Position numbers and translations under genes: made by a program | Part shown: in pieces, positions 31,415 to 46,460 of the stretch | Layout: every line of letters begins with the position of its first letter | How positions within the stretch are numbered: position 1 is the stretch's first letter | The notes under the pieces: generated by a model | Database searches by the model: none | Seen by the model: the letters and a program-made list of their open reading frames with translations, nothing else | Told to the model about the DNA's origin: nothing | Assembly: GCF_009914755.1 (NCBI RefSeq) | Contig: NC_060926.1 | DNA from: the human T2T-CHM13v2.0 reference genome, Homo sapiens | DNA length: 64,000 nucleotides | Reading direction: 5' to 3' (one strand)

Positions 31415-34400
31415 TTAGCCTGGAGGAAAGGATGAAGAGTGGATGTTGACAAATCCCCCCCGTAATCTAGACTTGCTTATTTAACTGAGGATCTATTTAA
31501 TAGAATGGAGTTTAACATTTTATGTAGTACTGGAAGAAGTTAGAAAATAATCTATTAAATAAATGTACTTTCATTTAAAAATTATTTTGTTTGCTAACTA
31601 GTATGTCTTCAGTACTTTCTATAATAAAATTATCTTTCCACAGAAAATATTTTTATATTATTCCTCCTTATCTATCCTTTTTAAGCTTGCCATGAAACCA
31701 TAAAGTGTCCTTTTTATTATTATATTCTCAATTCAATGCTTTGTATAACATTTTTACTTTTTAGCTTGAGATGTTTTTAACTGCATTTTTTTCTCTTAAG
31801 GAAGTTTTGATAAATGTAAAATTTCTTGTCTACTGCCATATTATCACTTTAATTTGTTCTCAAGGCAGTCATAATAGAAAGAGCCCCGATTTGGCAGTGG
31901 AGAAATCTAATTCTGTATGACCTTGATGAAGACTAGTGTCTGAATTACCCTATCTTTAAAATGATGGGTATGACTAGATCATTACTGAGATATCTCCAGC
32001 TATAAAATGGCATAAGGCTCTTTGCAGCTAATTTTCTGGCTCCCTTGATAGTATTCAACAGATTTTGTGTTAAGAACATGCCAAAACATCATAGTCAATT
32101 GGGAAGAAAATGGGCCAAAGAAAAAATTCATGACTTTATTTCATAGTTGCCACTGCCATCTGGAGATATACTGCCTTTCTCAGGGAAAAGAATCCCGAGG
32201 GAGAAGAAAGACAAGTTGATAAATTCCACTAGATCCATCTTGCACACCAACTCGGATAATAATATTTAATTGATAAGAGTCACTAGCCTATTAATATTTT
32301 GGAACCTGAATTCTGCTCATACCTCTGTCATAGTTAATTATCTGAGTGACCTCAGGAAAATGTATTAATTTCTGTGAGTTTCTCTTTTTTCATCTCTCAA
32401 AAGATGGAAATAAACTAGACCATGGTTTTCAAAATGGGACCCTTAATATTCCAAATCAGAATCACTATGTGCATATCAATAAAGAATGTGTTTACATCCT
32501 GCATCAGAATATTTTGAATTGGAAATTGGGAAACAACATTTTTAACACACTTCTGAGAACGATCTTTTGTACTCCAAAGGTTGAAAACAAGTGAGACGAA
32601 TTATTTATAAAGTTATTTTCCTGTTCTAAAATAGGAGGTTCAGTTCATTGGCTGATGATTGGTCTAAAGCAGTATTTTCTTTATGTGTCTCAAGCTTGGT
32701 AGTTAGTACATAAAATACAGCTCATAATTAACGTAAATAAGCTCAGTATTTTGATTGCAGGTAAACATGTCCATTTTCTTATTAGTCTTTAATAAAAAAG
32801 CATTATTAGGACACTGACAATACTTCGACAAAGAAAGGAGGCAGGAGAAATAAAATCAGAAAAACCTCATAAATATAGTGTACATTGGTTATGTTAGATG
32901 ATCATATTAGGTATACAGGTATATAAGTACAAATCTTTTTGTATCCAATTAATAGGTAAGGAATAACAAGATAAGGAAAAAAATGAAGTGGTCTATGATC
33001 ACACAGCTTGAAAATGCAGATGTGGGAGAAGTCAAGTCTACATGACTTTAGAGACTTTGCCCCTATAATACTGTGTCCACTCAGAAAGCACAGTGTTATC
33101 AACGGGGCAGTTTAGTGTAGAGTTTAACAAAAGTCAAAAGTAAGATAATTTTAGAGATTGAAACAGTGCTCATCCTATTGTAAATAGGTAATTCTTTTAT
33201 TAAATTTATTTTTAAAAGTAATAGCAAAGAGAAACAGACAGTCATCTAATTGATTACTGACTTTTTTTCTTTCACAGCTTTTTGATAGTGATCTTTCTAT
33301 ATTTGTCTGTTGTATAACTGTAAATGGTTTCAGCTGTGTAAATAAAAAGTAGATTTTGAGTGACTTAAATACAAGAAAGTAAATTGCCTACTTTCAAGAA
33401 TATCTCCAATTTCATATTACTAAAGAGAACTTCAGTTGAGCTTGAATACTAAAAAATACCGCCTTTCTCTATATGTTTGTGACAGAAATAGCAGTCCACA
33501 ACCCCTGAAATTTAAAAGAGGTGTTAAGTATACTAAAATCTATACATACACCTTATTCTATGACTTGGGTCCTTCTCTTCCTAAAAGAGGATGATAACAG
33601 CTGCCACCAAAGGCTGATGTAATGAGTAAAGAATATATAGCTACAGGTACAAATGCATGTACAGAAATAGATTAGATAGACAACCAATAGACATCTATAA
33701 AAATAGTGAAATTCTTGGCCGGTAAGAACAAATTTTAAAGACTAGCTTGTTTCCTTCTTTTACCCCTTAGGAAATTCAGTGAATAATTCTATTTAACTAT
33801 TTGTTAAATATTTGTGAATATTACAAAGCAATCATACTGGGCTTGTAGTTGACATATAGTAGTTAAGTATAGATACGTGACACTAATACCTCTAATCTTA
33901 TAAAGCTACATTTTAAAGTGCATTTTAATATCATATAAAATAGCCACTTTCCTTTACTTCTTATTTAAAACAATTCAGCAATAAGGATGAAAACAACACA
34001 CACATATGCACATAAACAGCACGTGTGGCTTGTGGCAGTATAAATTAGTATACTAATTTTGGAGGGTAACTTGGTGGTACATAGGCAGCATAATGAAAAA
34101 TAAGTTTGATTATTTGACCCTGTAATCTCAATCATTGATATTTGCTTCAAAGAATTCACCGAAAGCTAGAAATAAAATGTACAAATACATTTGTTGTGGC
34201 AATATTAAGGAAAAATACCAAATATTGAATAACAGCTTTATATATAAAAATATTAGAATAATGGATTGTCATGAAAATAATAAAAACAGCTACCTAGAAA
34301 GGTACACATAAATTTTATGTTAATTTTAATAAATTAGCAAATTTTGTGTATGCTATAAAATGATAGAGCATATATAATGCTTAAAAACTGATTGAGGACA

Positions 34401-34417
34401 GAAGATACACAACTTAC

Positions 34418-34537
34418 CACAAATGCTGTCACTTTCATCTAACCCATCCCCACAGTCATCTTCTCCATCACAAATCCAATGCTTAGAAATACATTTTTGT
34501 GCGGAACAAGCAAATTGGTTCCAAGAGCAAGAAGAAT
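34418..34537 (-). CDS. LRP1B: LRP1B exon H (120 nt): LDLa repeat 6, [40 protein letters not shown]
   Basis: Acceptor gtttcctag|AT; donor TGTG|gtaagt. Confidence 0.95.
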
Positions 34538-35952
34538 CTAGGAAACAAACAAAAGGAAAAAAAAAAATAGTTTGAGACCGTCTTACAACAGATCCGACAG
34601 TGAGAAGATTCTTTCTTAGACTTTGCTAAAATCAACAATCCTATAATAAAAGAAGCCAACTTCTTCTTTTCTATGACAATTCTATAAAATTTTGGCATCA
34701 GCTTGCATATTCCCTCTGTGTTTCCAGGTGATACAACCACGATTTGTTCAACATGATTCTTATAAGGCTTGCCTTTGAGGTAGTCCTAATGCGGTCACTC
34801 TACTCCAGGTATATTTGTCTGTTATTATTATTTTTTGAATGTGTAATGCATAGATATAAAATATATATTTCTGGTATAGTCTAGTCATACTTTTTAACTT
34901 TAAATCTATCTTTGAGCCAAGAGAAAACACTTACGTCCTAAGTAAGGTAACAATATGGTGGACTAATCAGCAGATATGTTTGTTTTTAAAGGTGGGTGAC
35001 TAAGGAGGTTATAGCTTGAAGACAACCTGACAGTTTTGTACGTAGCAACTGTGCTGATGTTTTTGTGTTGCTTCCTTGGAAACACTTGGGTTTGTTATAC
35101 CTGACTAATAACACCTAAATTAATTGGCATAGTGGCTGGCTTTTTTATTATTAGATTATATTTTTATAATAATAACACACTCCATTTATTTCCAAAGCCA
35201 ATTTTGTTATTGCTCTACTCCATTCCCAGCCTCCCCTTCTACCCAGTATATTTGTCACTAGAAAACCTTCAAAAGTAAAATCCTTCTAAATTAAGGTGTT
35301 CAAAATATAAACTCTTGTAAAAATAGCAATTCTGCTTTTGATTTCATAAACAATTGCAAAACTTTGCATTTTCATTTAAAATGCTTAATTAGATGACCTG
35401 TGAAACAGAGAACATTAGAAAACTGGAGTTTGGAAAAAATAAAATTAAAGAAGATATGATCAGATAATGGCCAGTGTTCAGAAATTATGAATCCACATAC
35501 AATATTTTGGAAGTTCTCTGCTAGTCTTGTTCAAAATCTGGCTCTAATGTAAAGATATATGGCATCTTAGTAAAATAAAATGCACCTTCACATTTCATGA
35601 TGACATTTACTTTTAGGAGAGTTTGACATTTCACAGAAAATCCGTTTTTAATCTTTTTTCTACTCTATCTATTCACCACAGTGTATGTTATTTGTGCTAA
35701 ATGTAAATAGTGAATATATACCTTGTTTTCCTATTGGAAATTTCTTTGATTTGCAAATCACAAAATCCATACATTTTAGAAACAAAACATAAAAATGCTT
35801 TCTTAGTTTGACAATGTAACATGAAATAAAGTGTACACACACGGAAATTAGGAGGTAGAAGATGAAAGGCAAAAGTTTAAAGAAATAGAAGTTTATGTAT
35901 ATTATTGAAAGCTATACATGTAATTAGTACAAAATTTCAGGATAATAATATT

Positions 35953-36270
35953 CAGTCAGCTCTCCACATCTGTGCCTTTAATATCCATGGATTCAACAAA
36001 CTACACATCAGAAGTATTTGAAAAAATAAGATTAAATAATAACAATACAAGAATAAAATATAATACAAATAAAAACAATACAATGAAACAATAATTAACA
36101 TAATATCTACATTGTATTAGGCATTATAAGTAATCAAGAGGTTATTTAAAATGTACAGGATGATGTGCATAGGTTATATGCAACTACTAGGCTGCTTTAA
36201 TAAGGGACTTGAGCATCCATGGATTTTGGTGTCCACAGGGTGTTAGACCCAATCCCCCATGCAGATACCA
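35953..36270. mobile_element. MER2/MER2B (Tigger family) DNA transposon
   Basis: atccatggattcaac..acattgtattaggcattataagtaatc..gtgcataggttatatgcaa..gggacttgagcatccatggattttgg. Confidence 0.85.
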
Positions 36271-36652
36271 ATAATAGGTGGGGGAAATATAACAAGTAGC
36301 ATGTGTCAAATCCTTATTTTTTATAGCAGAAAGCAAATACATCAGGTACCACCTAAAGTTAATAAATTAAGAAAAGGTATAACTTTATTATATCTATATT
36401 ATAAACTGATGGAAGTAATTATTCAACAAAAACAGAGGTTAAAAGAAAAGTCTAGGACCAAAGAGTGTTAGTCTTCATTATAAGCTCTTCTGTTTTAATT
36501 TTAATCTTTACCATTTTTGTATTATTTAATAAAAATGAAAATTAATGTTAAAATCAGCTGACAATGTTTTGTATAAAATCCCTACATAAGAGAATACTAA
36601 CATATAAGTAATAGTAAGGTTAACAAAAACTAAGCTAAATACAATGTCTCAC

Positions 36653-36775
36653 CACAGTGGAATTCATCACGTCCATCCTCACAATCTTTCTGACCATCGC
36701 ATATCCAGGTATTCAAAATGCATCTTCCACTAGGACAACTAAAATAATTTTCTTCACATTTGTGTTTGTTTTGAA
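36653..36775 (-). CDS. LRP1B: LRP1B exon G (123 nt): LDLa repeat 5, [41 protein letters not shown]
   Basis: Acceptor tttatcacag|TT; donor TGTG|gtgaga. Confidence 0.96.
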
Positions 36776-36899
36776 CTGTGATAAAATATGGAATGTCAAA
36801 CAATTTCATTTTAGACTTCTGAAATATAGGTAGATAAATCATTAATACTCCCTAAACTGAAAGAGATAAATAACAAGTAAGCTTAAAAATAGCTAAGAT

Positions 36900-37060
36900 T
36901 TTCTCCTAAAGAATGTCAAGGTTATGAAAATAAAGGAAAGATTCAGAAACTGTCCCAGAACAGAGACCCATGAGACATGATAATCAAATCCAATCCAGGA
37001 TTGAGTCCTAGAACAGAAAGATTATAGTAATGTAAAATTGGTTTAAATTATAACAGTAGC
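36900..37060 (+). mobile_element. L1MC-like 3' fragment
   Basis: aatgtcaaggttatgaaaataaaggaaag..gaaactgtcccaga..gagacatgata..cctagaacagaaa. Confidence 0.55.
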
Positions 37061-37473
37061 ACTTAGTTAATAAACATAAAATAAAGTTAAAAAATAGATA
37101 CGACTCTAAATTGAGTGAGCCTAAGGCCAAAGAATAATATTTGGGTGGAAAATACTCTTAATTCCATATTCATAGCACAAAATAATAAAATTAATACATT
37201 GGTGTATCTTTGCTGGAAAAGTGTGAATCTAGTGTTTCTGTGGCCATCTATTTGGAGTATTCCTTAACAGGATTTAAACAATTATTCTGTATTTTAAGGA
37301 AGAATAAACGAGTTACACTGGCAAATCTGAAATTATTATGCCTTTCAGAATTATCATAAAAAAGTACCTGTATGTAAAATTATTTTGTAAATTATATATA
37401 TTTTTTAAATTATGGAGTATTATCATTATTTTAACCTTCAAGAGTACATATAGAATACTATATCTATCTTTCC

Positions 37474-37773
37474 TTTTTTTTTTTTTTTTTGTTGAGATGG
37501 AGTTTCACTCTGTCACCCAGGCTGGAGTGCAGTGGCACAATCTTGGCTCACTACAAACTCCGCCTCCCGGGTTCAAGTGATTCTCCTGCCTCAGACTCCT
37601 GAATAGCTAGGACTACAGGCTTGTGCCACCATGCCCGGCTAATTTTTGTATTTTTAATAGAGATGAGGTTTTACCATACTGGTCAGGCTGGTCTTGAACT
37701 TCTGACGTCATGATCCTCCCGCCTCGGCCTCCCAAAGTGCTGGGATTACAGGTGTGAGCCACTGTGCCCAGCC
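37474..37773 (-). mobile_element. Alu (AluS type)
   Basis: T-tail and a full Alu body. Confidence 0.93.
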
Positions 37774-38367
37774 TAAATTTATCTTTTAACTGGGTGTCAT
37801 CTGTTCCATTGCTCCTTCAGGTTTACATGATTTTACATGTTTGATCTATAGCCAAGCAGGAAGTAAACCCTAGTGTATATATCCCAATCACACTATAATG
37901 GTCTATTATGGCTATTTTAAGATAACAAAAATTGTAGGCATTTTATTTTTTATATGTTGACTTTGTAGATGTAATTAAAGATGAAAATATATTTTTTGAG
38001 TGAATTCAGCATTAAACCAAAACATTTTAGGATGCTTAGGATGTTTCCTGGATCTAATCTGAAGTATTTAGGCTGACCCATTGCTGGCTTCCTGTCTGTC
38101 TGTCTACCTGCCTCATAAGCCTGCATGCATGTCCCTTTCTTTCTTACCAAATATAAAAGTTGTGATTCTCTATTAGTGTTGAAAGTTAATTTTAAGATAA
38201 CTTATTAATACTAGAAAGAGATGGAGATCACAAAAAAGAAAAATAAAATTTTAGTTTAATTAATATCTATCATATGCTGACCTCAAGATAATTTCAAAAT
38301 TAACTACAGTCATACTGAGGTAAAGAATGTGTTGTTGTAAACAGAAAATTAAGAATCTTGGCACCAG

Positions 38368-40369
<2,002 letters not shown>

Positions 40370-40499
40370 TTTTTTTGGTGCCAGTTTCATGAGTCTAAAG
40401 TAATAAGTGTCTATATTTCTTTTAAATACTTTATATAATTAATTTTTTTAATGTGAAAGACCTGCAGTGAGCTACAGTCAAATGCTCTAGAATTTAGGA

Positions 40500-43400
40500 C
40501 ATGCATAGCAAGAATACTCAACAAAACCCAAAAGAAGTTTGAAATCTAACACTAAGAAAACAGAAAAAAAAAAAAAAAAGAAAATTCAGGATTTGAAAGA
40601 CAACATAGCAGGATTAAGAAAGAACTAAACAGAACTTTTGGAATTAAAAAAAATCACTGCAGAATTTCAAAATACAATTGAAAGCCTTAACCATAGATTA
40701 GACCAAGCAGAAGAAAGAATTCCAAAGCTTTAAGACTGGTCCTTCATATTAATTTTTTTCAAAAATAAAAAAGAATTTTAGAAAATGAACAAAGCTTTTG
40801 AGAAATATAGGATCAAGAAAAGTGATAAAATCTATGACTTATTGAGATTCATGAGAGAGAAGAGAAAGTATGCAACTTAGAAAACATATTTGATGGTATA
40901 ATTCATGAAAATATCCCCAAACTTGCTAGAGAAATCAACAGACAGATTCAAGATAGCCAGAGATCTCCTGCAAGATACTGAACAAGACAATCATCCCCAA
41001 GGCACAGCACACGGTCATTGGGCTATCCAACATCAACACAAAAGAAGTTTGAAAGCAGCTACAAAAATTGGCCACATCACCTGTAAAGTGAAACCTAGCA
41101 GACTAACAACAGACTTCTCAGCAGAAACCTTAAAATCTAGAAGAGATTGGGGACCTATTTTTAGCATTCTTAAGGAAAATAAATGCCAGTTAAGAATTTT
41201 ACACTAACCTCCATAGATAAAGGAGAAATAAAGTCTTTCCCAGACAAGCAATTGTTAAAGGACTAGATCACCACCAGATCAGTACTAGAAGAGAGCCTGA
41301 GGGGGTTCTTTGAATGGAAATGAAAGAATGATACTACCACAAAAGAACACATAAGCACACAGCCCATGAACCCTACAAAGCAACTGCACAAATGACACTA
41401 AAAATCACCTAGCTAACAACACTACAACAAGAATAAAATCTCACATATCAATATTAACCTTCAATGTAAATGGCCTTAAAAGACATACAGTTGTAAACTG
41501 GATAAAAAAGCAAAACCTATCCTTCTGCCATCTTCAAGAGATCTATCTGACATAATGACACCCATAGGCTCAAAGAAAAGGATGGAGAAAGATCTATCAT
41601 GCAAATGGAAAACAAAAAAAGAGCAGTATTTGCTATTCGTATATCAGATATAATAGACTTTAAACAACAACAGTAGAAAAAAATAAAGAAGAGCACCTAG
41701 ATTCATAAAACTAGTACTTCTAGACCTACAAAACAACTTGATAGCCACAATAACAGTAGCAGAATTCAATACCCCAGTGACATCATTCGGTCAATGAGGC
41801 AGAAAACTAACAAGGAAATTCTGAATGTAATTCAACACTTGACCTATTGGACCTAATAGACATCCACAAAACACTCCAGACTACCGTAGCATATACATTC
41901 TTCTCATCTGTACACAAAATATACTCTAAAGTTAACCACATGTGTGGTCATAAAACAAGTCTCAATAAATTTTTTAAAAATACCAAATTCTCAGGCCTCA
42001 GTGAAATAAAAATAGAAAAAGTAGAAATCAATAACCAGAGGAATACTCAAAACCACATAATATGGAAACTAAAACTTGCTCCGAATGAATTTTGGGTAAA
42101 CAATGAAATTAAAGCAGATAACAAATGATTATTTGAAATAAATGAAAGCAGAGACACAACATACCAAAATCTCTGAGATGTGGCAAAAACAGTATTAAAA
42201 GGAAGGTTTATAGTACTAAATGTCCACATCAAAAAGATAGAAAGAGCTCAAATAACAATCTGACTGCACCTAAAAGAACCAAGGAAAGAAAAAAACTAAT
42301 CCCAGAGTCAACAGAAGAAAAAAACTAAAATCAGAGCAGAAGAATATAAAATGAGACCCCCAAAACTATACAAGGATCAATGAAATGAAATGCTGGTTCT
42401 TTTAAAGGATAGACAATGTTGATGGACCGCTTGCTAGATTAACAAAAAAAAAGAGATAAGTCTAAAACAAGCACAATCAGAAATGACAAAGGCAACATAA
42501 CAACTGATCCCACAAAATATCATCAGAAACTATTGTGAACATACTCTAAAATCTAGAGAAAATGAATAAATTTCTGGAAAGGCACAATCTCCCAAAATTG
42601 AGTAAGGAAGACATTGAAAACGTGAATAGATCAATGAGTTCTAAAACTGAATCAGTAATAAAAAATATACAAATAAAAAAAGCCCTGGAACAGATATATT
42701 CACAGCCAAATTCTACCAGATGTACAAAGAAGAGCTGATACCAATGCTGCTGAAACTGTTCCAAATAATTAAGGAGGTGAGATTTCTCCCTAACTCATTC
42801 TATGAAATCAGGATCATCCTAATACCAAAATCTGACAAAGATACAACAACCACCACAGCAAAACTACAGACCAATATCCCTAATGAACATAGGAACAAAA
42901 ACCTTTAACAAAATACTAGCAAACCAAATCCTGTGTCACATCAAAAATCTAATTCACAATGGGCAAGTAGGCTTTATTCCTGGGATTCCAGGTCGGTGCA
43001 ACATATGCAAATCAATAAGTATGATTCACTACATATACAGAATTAGGAACAAAACCCATGTGATCATCTCAATAGACACAGAAAAAGCATTCAATAAAAT
43101 CCAATATCGCTTCATGATAACAATCCTCGACAAACTAGTCATGGAAAGAACAATAAGAGCCATCTGTGACAAGCCCAAAGCCAACCTCAAATTGAAGGTG
43201 CAAAAGCTGGAATCATTCATTGCCCCTGAGATCTGGAACAAAACAAGGATGCTCACTCTCACCACTCCTTTTCAACATAGTATAGGAAATCTTAGCCCGA
43301 GCAATCAGGCTAGAGAAAGAAATGAAAGGCATGCAAATAGAAAAATAGGAAACCAAACTATTTCTCTTCACTGACATCATAAATGTACACCTAAAGACTC

Positions 43401-44720
43401 TGCAAAAAAGGCCCCTAGATCTCATAATCAAGTTTAGTGAAGATGCAAAATTAATGTATAAAAATCAGTAGCATTACTATACACAAAGTTCAAGCTGAGG
43501 GCTAAATAAAAAGCACAATCCCACTTACCATACGCAAAAGAACGAAACTGGACTCCTACCTCTTATCATATACAAAAATTAAGTCAAAGAAGTTTGAAGA
43601 CTTAAATGTATGATCTCAAACTATAAAAATACTGCAAGAAATCCTAAGAAATGCTTTTCTGGACACTGTCCTAGGAAAAGAATTTATGACTAAGTCCTCA
43701 AAAGCAATTGCAACAAAAACAGAAATTGACAAATGGGACTTCATTAAACGAAAGAGCTTCTGCACGACAACAACAAAAAAACTATCAACAGAGTAAACAG
43801 GTACCCTGGGAGAAAATATTTTCCAACTATGTATCTGGCAAAGAAAAAATATCCAGAATCTATAAGGAATTTAAATAAATCAATAAGAAATAAAAAAAAC
43901 AAATAACCCCATTAAAAATGGGTCGAGTATAGAAACAGACACTTCTCAAAAGAAGACATAAAAGTGGCCAACAAACACATAAAAAAGTGCTCAATATCAC
44001 TAATCATGAGAGAAATGCAAATCAAAGCCACGAGGTACCATCTCATAGTAGTCAGAATGCCTTTTGTTTAAAAAGTCAAAAAGTAAGATGTTGGTGAGGT
44101 TGTCGAGAAAAAGAAACACTTATACACTGTTGATCGGAGTGTAAATTAGTTCAGCCCCTGTGAAAAGTAGTTTGGAGATTTCTCAAAAACTAAAAGTAGA
44201 ACTATGATTTAAGCCAATCTCATCACATACTCAAAGGAAAATAAAGATACATGCACTCATATATGTTTATTGAAATACTACTCACAATAGCAAATATATT
44301 AAATTAATGTAGATGTCCATCAGTGGTGCACCGGATAAAGAATATATGGTACACATACACCATGGAATTCTATGCAGTCATAAAAAAGTGAAATCATGTC
44401 CTTTGCAGTAACATGAATGCAGCTCAAGAGCATTATCCTAAGTAAATCAACGCAAGAACAGAAAACCATATATCACATGTTCCCAGTTGCAAGTGGGAGC
44501 TAAACATTGAGTACACAACGAAGTAAATATGGAACAATAGATACTGGGGACTCCAAAAGGGGAGAGGGAGGAAGGAGGCAAAGGACTGAAAAACTATTAG
44601 GTACCATGTTCACTAAATGCGTGACAGGATCAATACAAGCCCAAACCTCAGCATCATGCAGTATACCCAAGTAATAAGCCTGCACATGTCCACTCTAAGT
44701 GTAAAATCAAAATTTAAACA
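40500..44720 (+). mobile_element. Older L1 (about L1PA16/17): decayed ORF1, EN, RT and 3'UTR with internal deletions
   Basis: ORF1-like RLTTDFSAETLKSRRDWGPIF; EN start atattaaccttcaatgtaaatgg; [15 protein letters not shown]; 3' end cccaaacctcagcatcatgc. Confidence 0.9.
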
Positions 44721-45592
44721 ATTATATACATGATAAAAGAACCATCACAAATTTAGAAATAATAAATGTGTCATCTACTAAAAAATCAGACTTTCACAGT
44801 AGATTGTGTGTGTATAAACTTTTGTGTAAAATACTTATGAATATAATTTCTTAAAATTGTTTAAAAATTATTATATATCAACTAAACATGAAAAACATGG
44901 GTGTAGCAGCAGGGTGGAGAGAGGCAAACCAATATGAGACAAAATTTAATAGTGTCCTATATAGAATCTCTACTTCCAGTTATACATAGTTCTTTTTATA
45001 ATTTTTTTTTAATTTCATGTCCTCAAATAGAAAGAAACAGTCAAGAACTTTGCTGGAAGGCATTCTTCTAAGAATGTAGATGACAGTTTTCAGGGCTTAT
45101 GTATGTAAAGATGGTTAACAGTCAGATATAAATGAACCTGTCTTAACTTGATTCAATAATGATTATAACTATTACTCAAATTACTACACCAAAGGATTTT
45201 GTAAACTGCATTAAAACATTGCTGTACAATAACACTGAGTAAGGCCAGTCGTAAGAAACATTGTTTCTCTTCTTTTATGAAGTTATTTCTAGGTATGTAA
45301 TAATTCTGTTGAAGGATTATAAATTACAAACTTGAAAGACTTAATCACCAATTTTGAAAGGGTTAATAACTAAACATAAAAAATTGATCCAAGTTTAGGA
45401 TGGTTTCTTGAATATCATTTTGTAACTCACTTAAAAAGATCAAGCGGTATGTTTAGAACAGGTTAATTACATTTCAGTCTGTGCCATTTAAATTTTAATG
45501 TCAATAATTGATATTAAGAATAAAATTTTAAAAATTCACTCTATACAACCAGGTAGCCTCAAAATCTCCAAGGCAAAGCCTGTGTTTTTCTA

Positions 45593-45790
<198 letters not shown>

Positions 45791-45999
45791 TCATTTGCAA
45801 AGATTATGAGCCTTCTATGTAGGTCATAGAGATGAGAAAAGTTAACTTCATTTGAGGAAATAGATACGTAATTATCCCACACAACAGGGGTTAATTACAT
45901 ACCAATTTTGGACAAAGTTCAGTAAAATCTTGCACAGTGTTCAATGCAATGCCAAAAGTGCCCAAGCATAAACAGACAAAAGGTAGTGGAATATCTTAC

Positions 46000-46113
46000 T
46001 GCAGTTCTTTTCATCTGAAGCATCTGCACAATCTATGTTCTGGTTGCATCGTGCTGATCTTGGAATACAAGTCCCATCTGCACAGCGGAACTCAACCGTG
46101 GCACAGGTTGAAA
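46000..46113 (-). CDS. LRP1B: LRP1B exon E (114 nt): LDLa repeat 3, [38 protein letters not shown]
   Basis: Acceptor tttttctag|TT; donor TGCA|gtaaga; inside ORF 45941..46189. Confidence 0.96.
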
Positions 46114-46229
46114 CTAGAAAAACAGGTACATAAACAAATGCAAAGATGGGACAGAATGACTCCTTGCTTTTACATTTTGAATATTTCAATTATTTTATAT
46201 AATTTTGTTTGGTTTTGCTTTCGTAACTC

Positions 46230-46460
46230 TGGGAGGCCAAACTTGACCCCTGAACCCCACCTTCAAGCGTGGGTTAGATGCCTCTTATATGTCTTCCCCT
46301 ATCACACAATTCTTCTCTCTGTTGTGGTATTTAGCATATTGCATTGCAGCTGCCTGTTTAAGTACCTGAAGTCTCACTAACTAAATGTAAGCTCCATGAG
46401 AGCAGGGACCATGCTGTGTTGATATCATATTGCTGTGGTAATATCACCCTAGCACTGAGC
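46230..46460 (+). mobile_element. L2 3' relic
   Basis: ctaaatgtaagctccatgagagcagggaccatg..ccctagcac. Confidence 0.65.
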
